A stretch of 57,804 bases of DNA from Patescibacteria group bacterium (GCA_034661035.1 JAYEKM010000029.1:1-57804); one strand, 5' to 3'; positions 43,864 through 53,130 are shown, counted from the stretch's first letter. Numbers and translations are program-made. Notes: generated from the sequence alone by a model not told the origin.

Positions 43864-44253
43864 TTAATCAATGTAAGTATCATCAGAAATAAAAATGGAT
43901 TCCGGACCCTCTAAGTTTTCATTAAAATCTGGCACTGTTTTTTCAGAGGGTGACATATAAGTTTCTTGTGGGGAAGAAACTGATTTAGGTTTCGTAGAAA
44001 CAATATCCTCAGATAAAGGCAACTCTTGATGTTCTTCTGCAGGAACAACCTCCTTAATACTTTCAGAAGAATAGATATCTCCAGGAGAAGGAATATATGT
44101 ATCATGAGAAATATTATATTCTTGTATGTCAGGGTCTGAACTCCTAGTCAAAACTCCTACTACTGCAAAAAATATTAACAAGATAATTAACAAGAATAAA
44201 ACAACTATAATTACCCTTAATTTATTATTTTGATTACTTTTGTTATTCACCAT
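43864..44253 (-). CDS. Small membrane-anchored hypothetical protein
   Basis: N-terminal TM and a Ser/Pro/Glu-rich tail. Confidence 0.5.
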   Translation of the reverse strand: MVNNKSNQNNKLRVIIVVLFLLIILLIFFAVVGVLTRSSDPDIQEYNISHDTYIPSPGDIYSSESIKEVVPAEEHQELPLSEDIVSTKPKSVSSPQETYMSPSEKTVPDFNENLEGPESIFISDDTYID

Positions 44254-44270
44254 AAATTAAAATCTAAAAA

Positions 44271-45491
44271 TTAAATTTCTTCATAAACTGGCTCGATATT
44301 TCCAGCATCAATGATTATACTAACTGGGTACAAACCATTTCCTTCAACAGCGACTGTTTTCTGACCGATAAAGTGATACGAAGCAAAAACTTCTAATGCA
44401 GACCTTGTACCAGCTGTAAAATATTCAGCAAAAGACAAACTCGGACGAGAGAAAATAGCTAGATTAGTAGTTCCGTCTCCAGGAGATTCTGGTAGTTGAG
44501 ATAAATCAGCTGAGAAAGAGATATTACTATTAAAACCATTCCAAGAAGTCACTCCTATTAATGATACTGGTGTAGTAGTTGCTCCTCCCCCAGAGAAATC
44601 GATTGTAACCCGATTAGGACTTCCATTTAATTCAAAATATCTCAAAGGAGTGTGTGTTTCTGTGACACTCATCCCTATATCATTAAAACATGTTATGGTA
44701 TAAGTTGTTTCTTCCATCACAGCCATATCTACAAGTAAATCCATTTCTTCACATTGGTTTTCATTATGACAAACGTCTAAATCTTCATAACCAGTATCGC
44801 TCACTAGGTCACAGGAAACAACATGTTCTGTCTCCCAGACAGCTCTAGGTCTATTACCAGTCACAACACTAGCCACTTGGAAAGTACCTAGCCTTATCAC
44901 AGGAAAGTCACCTATAAATTCTACCCCTCCATAGGCAGGATTGAAGTCAACCCAACCAACAACTTCACCAGCCCAAGCATAACCTTCAAAAAAATTAGTG
45001 TTCTCGTTAAGGACAACTCCGTAATTTATACTATCTGTAGTTTGTTTACTTAAACTTATCCAACCATCCCAACCATCGTCAGCATTCATTCCAGCCAGAG
45101 CTTTAGCCCAGCCGTTTAATTCTAAACCATTTAACTTTGCTCGACAGACCCCCGTCGGACACCCGCTCAGCTCGTTCTCATTAAAACTAATCCAACCGAC
45201 ATTATCACTCCAAGCATAGCCAGATAATTTTTTATCAGCTCCAATACTAACCCCATAATTGGATGTACTACAAGTATCTGGGTCAATACAATTAAAACCA
45301 ATCCAACCAATGTTATCACTCCAGGCATAGCCAGATATATTATCATTAATTGCTGCTTTAGCCACAGGTAAAGCATAGTCACTCTGCCCTCCCTTTTCAC
45401 CAAAACTGTAAGCTATTAACAATAATAAAAATAGAATAATTAAAACCAGTACCCAGTTTTTAAAAAATTTGTTTTTTATTATTTGTTCCAT
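44271..45491 (-). CDS. Secreted repeat protein (GYAWSxNxGWIxFN repeats) with the shared C-terminal module
   Basis: Signal anchor. Three repeats: SGYAWSDNIGWIGFN, SGYAWSDNVGWISFN, EGYAWAGEVVGWVDFN. The C-terminal ~210 aa are collinear with the end of the 1481-aa protein. Confidence 0.7.
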   Translation of the reverse strand: MEQIIKNKFFKNWVLVLIILFLLLLIAYSFGEKGGQSDYALPVAKAAINDNISGYAWSDNIGWIGFNCIDPDTCSTSNYGVSIGADKKLSGYAWSDNVGWISFNENELSGCPTGVCRAKLNGLELNGWAKALAGMNADDGWDGWISLSKQTTDSINYGVVLNENTNFFEGYAWAGEVVGWVDFNPAYGGVEFIGDFPVIRLGTFQVASVVTGNRPRAVWETEHVVSCDLVSDTGYEDLDVCHNENQCEEMDLLVDMAVMEETTYTITCFNDIGMSVTETHTPLRYFELNGSPNRVTIDFSGGGATTTPVSLIGVTSWNGFNSNISFSADLSQLPESPGDGTTNLAIFSRPSLSFAEYFTAGTRSALEVFASYHFIGQKTVAVEGNGLYPVSIIIDAGNIEPVYEEI

Positions 45492-45712
45492 AAAAATAAA
45501 ACCAACACAAAGTTTGCTTAAACTTACCTAATTATACACCTAAGTCTAAAAAGCTTATATAGTATTTGTGGATAAACTTTCCTATTTTTTATAATTGCTT
45601 TTTTGTTGAAAGAATGTTATTTTAAAGAGGTGACTGATACGAAGACAAGATGTGGTTCGCCTGACAGCGAGCTATTTTTAATAATTAGAGAGTAGGTATT
45701 TTAGTAAATGTA

Positions 45713-45786
45713 ACCCGTGTTAAATATCATTTGATTTTCTAAAACTCAAATGGCTCAAATTTCTACGAAATTTGATTTAACAGGGT
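45713..45786. repeat. Intergenic unit bounded by ACCCTRTTAAAT-type inverted repeats (copy C)
   Basis: acccgtgttaaat (45713-45725) and atttaacagggt (45775-45786), 40 nt upstream of the nusA ATG. Confidence 0.45.
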
Positions 45787-45825
45787 AATATTTTTCTAAT
45801 TCGCTTAGCTCATAAGAAAAATATT

Positions 45826-46956
45826 ATGTTTGATTTAAAAGTAATTCATTCAGTTCTCGACCAGTTAGAACAGGAAAAAGGAATCTCTAAAGCCTCTTCA
45901 ATAGAAACAATTAAATCAGCTTTAGCTAGTGCTTATAAAAAAGAGTACGGTAAGAGAGGTCAAATCATTAGAGCTGATTTTGACATAGATAGTGGAAAAA
46001 CAGACTTTTTCCAAATAAAGATAGTTGTAGATGATACTCGAGTTAAAACAGAAGAGGAGGAAGACGTTGAGGGAGATGATAGAATCCGTTTCAATCCTGA
46101 ACACCATATTTTGATTGAAGATGCCCAAAAAATAAAGAAGGATGCCGAATTAGATGAAGAAATAATCTTTCCGTTGGAACCAAAAAGTGATTTCGGAAGA
46201 ATAGCTGCCCAGACAGCTAAACAAACCATTATTCAAAAGATTAGAGAAGCTGAAAGAGGGTCTATTTCTAAAGAATTTGGCGGAAAACAGGGAGAAATTG
46301 TCAGCGGAATCATCCAAAGAGTAGAAAGAGGTAATATTTTTGTTGATTTGAAAAGGGCCACAGGAATACTTCCTTATTCTGAACAAATCCACTCAGAAAG
46401 GTTTAAGCCAGGAGAACGAATCAGAGCTTATTTATCTTTAGTTGAAGAAACATCTCGAGGAATATTTTTAAGACTTTCTCGATCTCATCCTCAATTTCTT
46501 TACAAACTTTTTGAGACAGAAGTACCTGAAATAGCCAGTAAAACTGTAGAAATAAAGAACATTGTCAGAGAAGCTGGTTCCAGATCAAAAATAGCCGTCC
46601 ATTCAAACGATGAGAACATTGACCCAATTGGATCATTGGTTGGTCAAAGGGGGGTTAGAGTTTCAACAGTCATGAGTGAATTAGGTGGTGAAAAGATAGA
46701 TATTATAGAATGGTCAGAAGATCCTAAGAAATTTATTACTGAATCCCTTTCACCGGCTAGAATCCTCAGTATTGAATTAGATGAAAAAGAAAAAAAGGCT
46801 GTTGTTGATGTAACTGAAGATCAACAATCACTAGCAATTGGGAAAGGTGGTCAAAATGTTAGATTAGCCGCTAAGTTGACTGGTTGGAAAATTGACATAA
46901 AAGGCATAGGGGACGAAAATGTGGAAACTGAAGAGGATAATAATGAAGAAAAATAA
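45826..46956 (+). CDS. nusA: Transcription termination/antitermination factor NusA
   Basis: N-terminal domain, S1 domain (GEIVSGIIQRVERGNIFVDL) and two KH domains (GxxG: GQRG, GKGG). Confidence 0.9.
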   Translation: MFDLKVIHSVLDQLEQEKGISKASSIETIKSALASAYKKEYGKRGQIIRADFDIDSGKTDFFQIKIVVDDTRVKTEEEEDVEGDDRIRFNPEHHILIEDAQKIKKDAELDEEIIFPLEPKSDFGRIAAQTAKQTIIQKIREAERGSISKEFGGKQGEIVSGIIQRVERGNIFVDLKRATGILPYSEQIHSERFKPGERIRAYLSLVEETSRGIFLRLSRSHPQFLYKLFETEVPEIASKTVEIKNIVREAGSRSKIAVHSNDENIDPIGSLVGQRGVRVSTVMSELGGEKIDIIEWSEDPKKFITESLSPARILSIELDEKEKKAVVDVTEDQQSLAIGKGGQNVRLAAKLTGWKIDIKGIGDENVETEEDNNEEK

Positions 46957-47015
46957 GCATTATCAATTAATAAAAACTTGTTAAAACTTAACTTAACAAG
47001 ATAAAAAATAAATAT

Positions 47016-47546
47016 ATGAATTTATGGCATGATATAGAACCAGGTACACAAGATGAGATGAATACAATCATTGAAATCAATAAAGGTTCTAAAAATAAGT
47101 ACGAAATTGATAAAAAAACTGGTTTAATAGCCCTAGATAGAGTTTATCATACCTCTCAAGACTGCCCATTTGACTACGGATTTGTCCCTCAAACCTATTA
47201 TGACGATGGTGATGCTTTAGATGTTATTGTTTTAACCACTTACCCCTTAAATCCAGGTATTTTGGTCAGAGTAAGACCAGTGGCTCTTCTAAATATGGTT
47301 GATTCGGGGGATAATGACGATAAAGTTATTGCTGTTCCTATAGATGACCCCCGCTGGGAAGATATCCAAGACCTAAAGGACATTAATAAACATACTTTAA
47401 AAGAAATTGAACACTTCTTTTCAACTTACAAGAAAATACAAGAAAAAGAAGTCCAAGTAGGTGGATTCCAAGGCAAAAAGGAAGCTCAAGAAGCCTTCCA
47501 AAGAAGTATTAAATTATACGGGGAAGAATTTGACAAAGATAACTAA
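47016..47546 (+). CDS. ppa: Inorganic pyrophosphatase (family I)
   Basis: NKYEIDK, DGDALDV and DDKVIAV motifs. 176 aa. Confidence 0.9.
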   Translation: MNLWHDIEPGTQDEMNTIIEINKGSKNKYEIDKKTGLIALDRVYHTSQDCPFDYGFVPQTYYDDGDALDVIVLTTYPLNPGILVRVRPVALLNMVDSGDNDDKVIAVPIDDPRWEDIQDLKDINKHTLKEIEHFFSTYKKIQEKEVQVGGFQGKKEAQEAFQRSIKLYGEEFDKDN

Positions 47547-47704
47547 TCGATTTATACACAGTTTTCGTTTCTTTTTTTCTATTATTTTTATTACAATATA
47601 GCCATATACGACAAAGTTGTTAATTTGTTGTATATGGCTATTTAAGTGTGCAACTTATTTTTTAATAATTAAATTATATTAGTTTATAAAATCTTTAAAA
47701 GATT

Positions 47705-48418
47705 ATGAAAAAACAAAAATATCTAATTTTTTTGGTAGTTCTAAGTTTTATTTTTGCAAATCATGTTTTCGCTAATAACGAAGAACCTGGAACACCTCAA
47801 GCTACTCTAGGTAGCCCAAAACCAATGAATACTTCTACTGCACCTGTGCAAAACCCCTCTACTCCATCACTTCTCCAACAAGAGGTTAGAAAAATTAAAA
47901 CCAACACTACATTTAATAGTTTACAAAGGCCAACTTCTGTAAAGGCCACCACTAGCACAAATACCTTTGAAAAAAACACTCAAAGATCAACTACAGAAGA
48001 CCAAGCAAAGAATAGGAGAATTGAACATATCAAAGGATACCTTAAAAATATTGCTGGAAGATTCCACGCTTTAGTACAAAGAGAATATCAAATAAAAAAC
48101 CGCATCCAATCGAGATTAACTAAATTAGAAGAAAACGGTTTTGATATGTCAGAAAGTAAAATATTATTATCAGAAGTTGACACCAACTTTGAGACAATTA
48201 AAAATAGGGTGGAAACATTTAGAAATGAAATACTAACAGAATTAGAGTCTGCTAACCTAGAAGGTTTGTTTGAGAGAGTCAGAGAAGAAACTCAAAGTTT
48301 AAAAACAGAAGCTCAGAATGCTCATACAAAATTAGTACAAATTGTTCAGAAAATGAAGGAGAGTTTCGCTAAAGGTCAACAAAATTCCAAAGAAAATCCA
48401 ACGTCCGAAGATGAATAA
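47705..48418 (+). CDS. Secreted hypothetical coiled-coil protein
   Basis: Signal peptide MKKQKYLIFLVVLSFIFANHVFA, Thr/Ser/Pro-rich linker and a helical C-terminal half. Confidence 0.55.
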   Translation: MKKQKYLIFLVVLSFIFANHVFANNEEPGTPQATLGSPKPMNTSTAPVQNPSTPSLLQQEVRKIKTNTTFNSLQRPTSVKATTSTNTFEKNTQRSTTEDQAKNRRIEHIKGYLKNIAGRFHALVQREYQIKNRIQSRLTKLEENGFDMSESKILLSEVDTNFETIKNRVETFRNEILTELESANLEGLFERVREETQSLKTEAQNAHTKLVQIVQKMKESFAKGQQNSKENPTSEDE

Positions 48419-48483
48419 ACTCAATTATCAATTATCAATAATAATCTGGGGCAGGTCACCACAGGTTTTTGTAAATTAAGTTA

Positions 48484-48580
48484 ACCCTATTAAATAAATT
48501 AGTTTTTCAAGACAATTAAATTTAATAAAAAGGTTAATTAAAAATTATTAATCATAAAAACTAAACCTTGTAAATAGGGT
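48484..48580. repeat. Intergenic unit bounded by ACCCTATTAAAT-type inverted repeats (copy D)
   Basis: accctattaaat (48484-48495) and gtaaatagggt (48570-48580), 12 nt upstream of the ATG at 48593. Confidence 0.4.
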
Positions 48581-48592
48581 AAATAAAAAAAT

Positions 48593-48931
48593 ATGGACGA
48601 ACAAAATCAAGAATACAGGCCTGAAGAAACAGCGCCTGAAGCAACTACAGCAGCACCTGAAAAGAAACAAACTGGTTCAATTATTGGTTCTATAATCGTT
48701 ATTATAGTTATCATTATTGGTGGTTTATATTTCTGGGGGACAAGAACAGATACTCCAACCGATGGTGATATAATAGATCCTGTAGATCCTACAACAGAAG
48801 TACCAATAGAAGATCCAATTGGGGATGCTTTGAATAATACATCTCCTTCTGATAACTTAGATGCCATTGAAGCAGACTTAAATGCAACAGACATCAACAC
48901 AATTGACTCTGGAGCTGAAATGCCTCTATAA
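48593..48931 (+). CDS. Small single-pass membrane protein, acidic
   Basis: Central TM GSIIGSIIVIIVIIIGGLYFW and an Asp/Thr/Pro-rich tail. Confidence 0.5.
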   Translation: MDEQNQEYRPEETAPEATTAAPEKKQTGSIIGSIIVIIVIIIGGLYFWGTRTDTPTDGDIIDPVDPTTEVPIEDPIGDALNNTSPSDNLDAIEADLNATDINTIDSGAEMPL

Positions 48932-48963
48932 TGACAACTGAAGGAAAATAGTATAAAATAAAG

Positions 48964-48995
48964 ACTCTCTTAACAATTAAGAGAGTTTTTATTTT
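48964..48995 (+). terminator. Intrinsic terminator
   Basis: ACTCTCTTAA-caa-TTAAGAGAGT followed by TTTTT. Confidence 0.65.
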
Positions 48996-49059
48996 AACTA
49001 AGCTATTTATTATCTTAATTAACATCCTAATTACCTTCACAGGTGACGGACAAAAAAAT

Positions 49060-50091
49060 ATGGTAGAAAAAAGAACTGTAGAAATAAATAATGTAAGCAC
49101 TTCTGAGGTAGAAATTAAATCTTCAATCTCTGTAGAAGAACTCAATAGATACAAGGAAGGGGCCTTGAAGAAGCTTGGAGAAGAAATTTCCATGGACGGT
49201 TTTAGGAAAGGTCACATTCCTGAAAATATTCTAAAAGAAAAATTAGGAGAATTAGCTATCCTAAATCAAATGGCCGAAATGGCCCTAGCTGATATTTATC
49301 CGTTAATTGTGGTAGAAAATAAGATAGACGTTATTGGACACCCCCAAGTAACAATTACTAAACTTGCACCAGATAACCCGGTTGAGTTTACTGTTAAGTC
49401 AGCCATCTTTCCACAATTTGAATTACCTGACTATAAAAAAATTGCAAAAAAAATAAACTCCGAGAAACAGGAAGTAATTGAAGTAAAAGATGAAGAGATG
49501 GAAACTGCAATCAAACAAATACAGAAAGTAAACCAATCTCCAGAAGCAATTAAAGAAGAAACAAGAGAAGGTAATGTTGAATTAACAGATGAATTTGTCA
49601 AGAAACTGGGTGATTTTAAAGACGTCGATGACTTTAAAAACAAGCTTAAAGAGAACATAAAGCTAGAAAAAACAAATAAGGCTGGAGAAGCAAAGAAAGT
49701 TAAGATCATGGATAAGATTTTAACTGAAACTAAATTGGAATTACCTGAGATAATCATCAAAGATGAAACTGAAAGACTTTTAAACCAAACCAAAGCAGAC
49801 ATAACAAGAATGGGGTTACAATTTGATAAATACCTTGAACACCTAAAGAAAACCGAGGAAGACCTAAGAAAAGAACTTCAGCCTGATGCAGAAAAAAGAG
49901 CCAAAATACAATTTATTTTAGATAAAATAACAAAAACAGAAAAAATTGAAGTTGACAAAGGAGAGGTGGAAAAAAACATAAAGGAAATCCTCAAACAACA
50001 TAAGGAAGCTAAAGAAGAAAACGTGCGCCCTTACATTGAAATGGTGCTTTCTAACCAAGAAGTGTTTAAGCTTTTGGAGGAACAAAAGTAA
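49060..50091 (+). CDS. tig: Trigger factor lacking the PPIase domain
   Basis: N-terminal ribosome-binding domain with GFRKGHIP. The C-terminal arm domain follows directly. 343 aa. Located upstream of clpP. Confidence 0.8.
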   Translation: MVEKRTVEINNVSTSEVEIKSSISVEELNRYKEGALKKLGEEISMDGFRKGHIPENILKEKLGELAILNQMAEMALADIYPLIVVENKIDVIGHPQVTITKLAPDNPVEFTVKSAIFPQFELPDYKKIAKKINSEKQEVIEVKDEEMETAIKQIQKVNQSPEAIKEETREGNVELTDEFVKKLGDFKDVDDFKNKLKENIKLEKTNKAGEAKKVKIMDKILTETKLELPEIIIKDETERLLNQTKADITRMGLQFDKYLEHLKKTEEDLRKELQPDAEKRAKIQFILDKITKTEKIEVDKGEVEKNIKEILKQHKEAKEENVRPYIEMVLSNQEVFKLLEEQK

Positions 50092-50127
50092 TTTACAATT
50101 TATAATTTATAATTTATAATTTCATTT

Positions 50128-50709
50128 ATGTTAATCCCAACAGTCATAGAAAAATCACAATTTGGCGAACGAGCTTTTGATATATATTCTCGCCTCTTAA
50201 AGGATAGAATCATTTTTTTAGGCGGAGAAATCAACGACCATGTAGCTAATATAGTAATTGCTCAATTATTGTTTCTCGAATCAGAAGATTCTAAAAAAGA
50301 TATTTACCTGTACATCAACTCTCCCGGAGGTTCAGTATCTTCTACTTTAGCTATGATAGATACCATGAAGCACATAAAACCAGCTGTTTCAACAATTTGT
50401 GTAGGAATGGCAGCTTCTGGTGGAGCCTGGTTATTATCTTCAGGCGAAAAAGGTAAAAGATTTGCTTTACCAAACGCAGAAGTAATGATTCATCAACCAC
50501 TTGGAGGAGCTGAGGGACAAGCCACTGATATAGAGATTTCAGCCAAACATATTATTGCAACAAGGGAAAGGTTAAGTTTAATATTAAAAGAAAATACAGG
50601 TAGACCTCTTACTCAAATCCAAAAAGACCTTGATAGAGACTTTTGGATGTCAGCAGAGGAAGCTAAAAAATATGGAATTATTGACAAAATACTAAAACCT
50701 AAAAAATAA
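50128..50709 (+). CDS. clpP: ATP-dependent Clp protease proteolytic subunit
   Basis: YINSPGGSV, catalytic Ser in GMAASGG, MIHQP. Confidence 0.95.
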   Translation: MLIPTVIEKSQFGERAFDIYSRLLKDRIIFLGGEINDHVANIVIAQLLFLESEDSKKDIYLYINSPGGSVSSTLAMIDTMKHIKPAVSTICVGMAASGGAWLLSSGEKGKRFALPNAEVMIHQPLGGAEGQATDIEISAKHIIATRERLSLILKENTGRPLTQIQKDLDRDFWMSAEEAKKYGIIDKILKPKK

Positions 50710-50739
50710 TCCGTATACAAACACAATATACAAATAATA

Positions 50740-50771
50740 AAAAGGTTTTCGCTACACGAAACCCTTTTTCA
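50740..50771 (+). terminator. Intrinsic terminator after clpP
   Basis: AGGTTTTCG-ctaca-CGAAACCCT (one mismatch) followed by TTTTT. Confidence 0.55.
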
Positions 50772-50985
50772 ATAGAATTTCCTTTTTTAGATTTTTTACC
50801 TCAAATCCTAGTTAAGTTACAAAAATTGGACATTTCTTAACAAATAAGATATAGTGGATTTATACTTTAAGAATTAACACTAAATTCGTCTGAAATAGAT
50901 TGATCCCATGAATATCAAATCCATTTTACAAAAAAATCTTTATATATTCCTTTCTAAATCTATATAAAGGCGGGTTTCTAAACTT

Positions 50986-52515
50986 ATGTCGTTAAAAACA
51001 GTTATATTCCTGATAGGAATATTTAGTCTTGGTGGAGCCACTATTGGTTATTTTCTGCGATGGGCACTTACCTTCGGTAAACAAGGTTCAGCTGAACTAA
51101 AAATAAAAAAAATGCTTTTAGACGCTCAAGAGAGTGCTAAAAATATCGTCTCAAAGGCAGAAAACAAATCTATATTGATCCTAGAAGATGTTAAAAAGGA
51201 AAAGAAGGAAAAGGAAGATCAAATCAGAAAAGCTGAAGAGCGACTAGTAAAGAAAGAAGATCTCTTAGATAGTCGTCAAATAGAAATAGATTCTGGAGCA
51301 AAAAATATAGAAGGTAAAATCAAAAAAGTTGAAGATATAAAAAAGGAAATTGAAAGTATAAAAGAAAACGAAATAGAGAACTTAAAAAAAATAGCTGGTC
51401 TTAATAAAGAAGAAGCTGAAACAAAACTTCTGCAGATAGTTGAAAAAGAATATGAAGAAGATTTAACCGTCAAAATGCAGAAGCTAGAAAGAGACGGCGA
51501 AGAAAAATTAGAAGAAAGGGCTAAAGATATTTTAATAACAGCCATTCATCGTATGGGTAATTCTGTGGCAGCTGACGTACTTTCAACTACTGTCACGATT
51601 CCCTCCGATGACATTAAAGGTAAAATTATTGGTAAGGAAGGTAAAAACATCCGCGCTTTTGAGAGAGTCACTGGAACAGAGATAATTGTTGATGATACGC
51701 CAGGCTCTATTACAATTTCATCTTTTGACCCTGTTAGAAGACAAGTAGCTAGAACTGCTTTAGAAAACCTAATTATAGATGGAAGAATTCAACCTGCCAA
51801 AATTGAAGAGTTTGTTGAAAAAGCTAGAGAAGAAATTAACAAAACTATTAAGAAAAAAGGTGAACAGGCTGTCTACGAGTGTGGTATTTTAAATCTAGAC
51901 CCAAGGATAGTTTCTATTCTAGGAAGACTTTACTTCCGAACAAGTTATGGACAAAATGTTCTACAACACTCAATTGAAATGTCACACATCGCTGGTATGT
52001 TAGCAGAAGAACTGAAAGCTGATGTAGCGGTGGCCAAAGCAGGAGCTCTTCTCCATGACATCGGAAAAGCTGTTGATCATGAAATTCAAGGAACTCATGT
52101 CGAAATAGGGAAAAGAATTCTACAAAAATTTGGGGCTGATGAAAAAATTATTAAAGCCATGCAATCACATCATGAAGAGCACCCTTATGAAAGTATTGAG
52201 TCAATCATCGTTCAGGTTGCCGATTCTATTTCAGGTAGTCGCCCTGGTGCAAGAAGAGATACTGTTGAAAATTATTTAAAGAGATTAACAGAACTAGAAA
52301 GTATTGCGAATTCATTTGAAGGTGTTGGAAAATCCTATGCTTTACAGGCAGGAAGAGAAATAAGAGTCTTAGTCACACCAGAAAATGTCTCTGACATTGA
52401 AGCAAAGAAGTTAGCTAGAAATATTGCTACAAAAATTGAGAAAGAGTTGAAGTACCCTGGAGAAATCAAGGTTAATGTCGTCAGAGAAACCCGAGTAATT
52501 GAATACGCGAGATAA
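50986..52515 (+). CDS. rny: Ribonuclease Y
   Basis: N-terminal TM, long coiled coil, KH domain (GKIIGKEGKNIR) and HD domain (LLHDIGKA). Confidence 0.9.
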   Translation: MSLKTVIFLIGIFSLGGATIGYFLRWALTFGKQGSAELKIKKMLLDAQESAKNIVSKAENKSILILEDVKKEKKEKEDQIRKAEERLVKKEDLLDSRQIEIDSGAKNIEGKIKKVEDIKKEIESIKENEIENLKKIAGLNKEEAETKLLQIVEKEYEEDLTVKMQKLERDGEEKLEERAKDILITAIHRMGNSVAADVLSTTVTIPSDDIKGKIIGKEGKNIRAFERVTGTEIIVDDTPGSITISSFDPVRRQVARTALENLIIDGRIQPAKIEEFVEKAREEINKTIKKKGEQAVYECGILNLDPRIVSILGRLYFRTSYGQNVLQHSIEMSHIAGMLAEELKADVAVAKAGALLHDIGKAVDHEIQGTHVEIGKRILQKFGADEKIIKAMQSHHEEHPYESIESIIVQVADSISGSRPGARRDTVENYLKRLTELESIANSFEGVGKSYALQAGREIRVLVTPENVSDIEAKKLARNIATKIEKELKYPGEIKVNVVRETRVIEYAR

Positions 52516-52526
52516 TTAAAGAAGGA

Positions 52527-52585
52527 CTTGCCCCGTTAGAGGTTACGGAAGCCTCTGGCTCCCTACCTCTAACGGGGCTTGCACA
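52527..52585 (+). terminator. Long GC-rich hairpin after rny (atypical terminator or protective 3' stem)
   Basis: Perfect 13-bp CCCCGTTAGAGGT/ACCTCTAACGGGG extended by GGAAGCC/GGCTCC. It is followed by A-rich, not U-rich, sequence. Confidence 0.35.
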
Positions 52586-52773
52586 AAAAAAGGCTTAATA
52601 TATAATGTATTTATTATTAGTTTTTAGAATTTTTAATAAAAGGTCGCTCTTATTAAAATTATTATATGCTGCAAGCATATAATTACATCGTTCGGATTAT
52701 ATAAAAATAAATATTAATATAATTTATCCTTATAAATCCTTACTTGAAATTATAAGATAATTTAATTTTTATT

Positions 52774-53052
52774 ATGAATAAACAAGCAATTATTGAATTA
52801 GTTCACGAAACTTTAGATGGAACGAAGGTTCAAGCAGAAAAAGTAGTAGATACAATTTTTGAAGGTATTACAAATTCACTTAAAAAAGGAGAAGATGTAT
52901 CAATAGCAGGTTTTGGTATCTTCTCAGCTAAAATGAGAGCAGCTAGAACAGCTAGAAATCCTAGAACAGGTGAACCTATTGAAGTTCCAGCTATGAGAGT
53001 TCCTAAATTCAGAGCCTCAAAATCTCTTAAAGACACTGTTAAAAATAGCTAG
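52774..53052 (+). CDS. hup: DNA-binding protein HU
   Basis: 92 aa. GFGIF...R.ARNPRTGE..EVPA...P.F motif. Confidence 0.9.
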   Translation: MNKQAIIELVHETLDGTKVQAEKVVDTIFEGITNSLKKGEDVSIAGFGIFSAKMRAARTARNPRTGEPIEVPAMRVPKFRASKSLKDTVKNS

Positions 53053-53100
53053 AAACTATCATCTGTGAGTGTGAAACGAACGCTCATAAGGAAACTGATA

Positions 53101-53130
53101 AACCCGCCCACATGGGCGGTTTTATTTTTT
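53101..53130 (+). terminator. Intrinsic terminator after hup
   Basis: ACCCGCCC-acat-GGGCGGT followed by a T-run. Confidence 0.7.

Noticed and set aside
41268-43883. Prophage or tailocin remnant
   Set aside because: No other phage-like gene (capsid, portal, terminase, sheath/tube, baseplate, integrase, lysis) is visible in the window. The neighbours are membrane or surface proteins and a PilB paralog. A domesticated fibre is favoured, though the wider genome context is needed.
1707-45575. TTATCCACA boxes as a replication origin
   Set aside because: The boxes are single and dispersed over more than 40 kb rather than clustered. There is no dnaA or dnaN gene and no AT-rich unwinding repeat cluster beside them.
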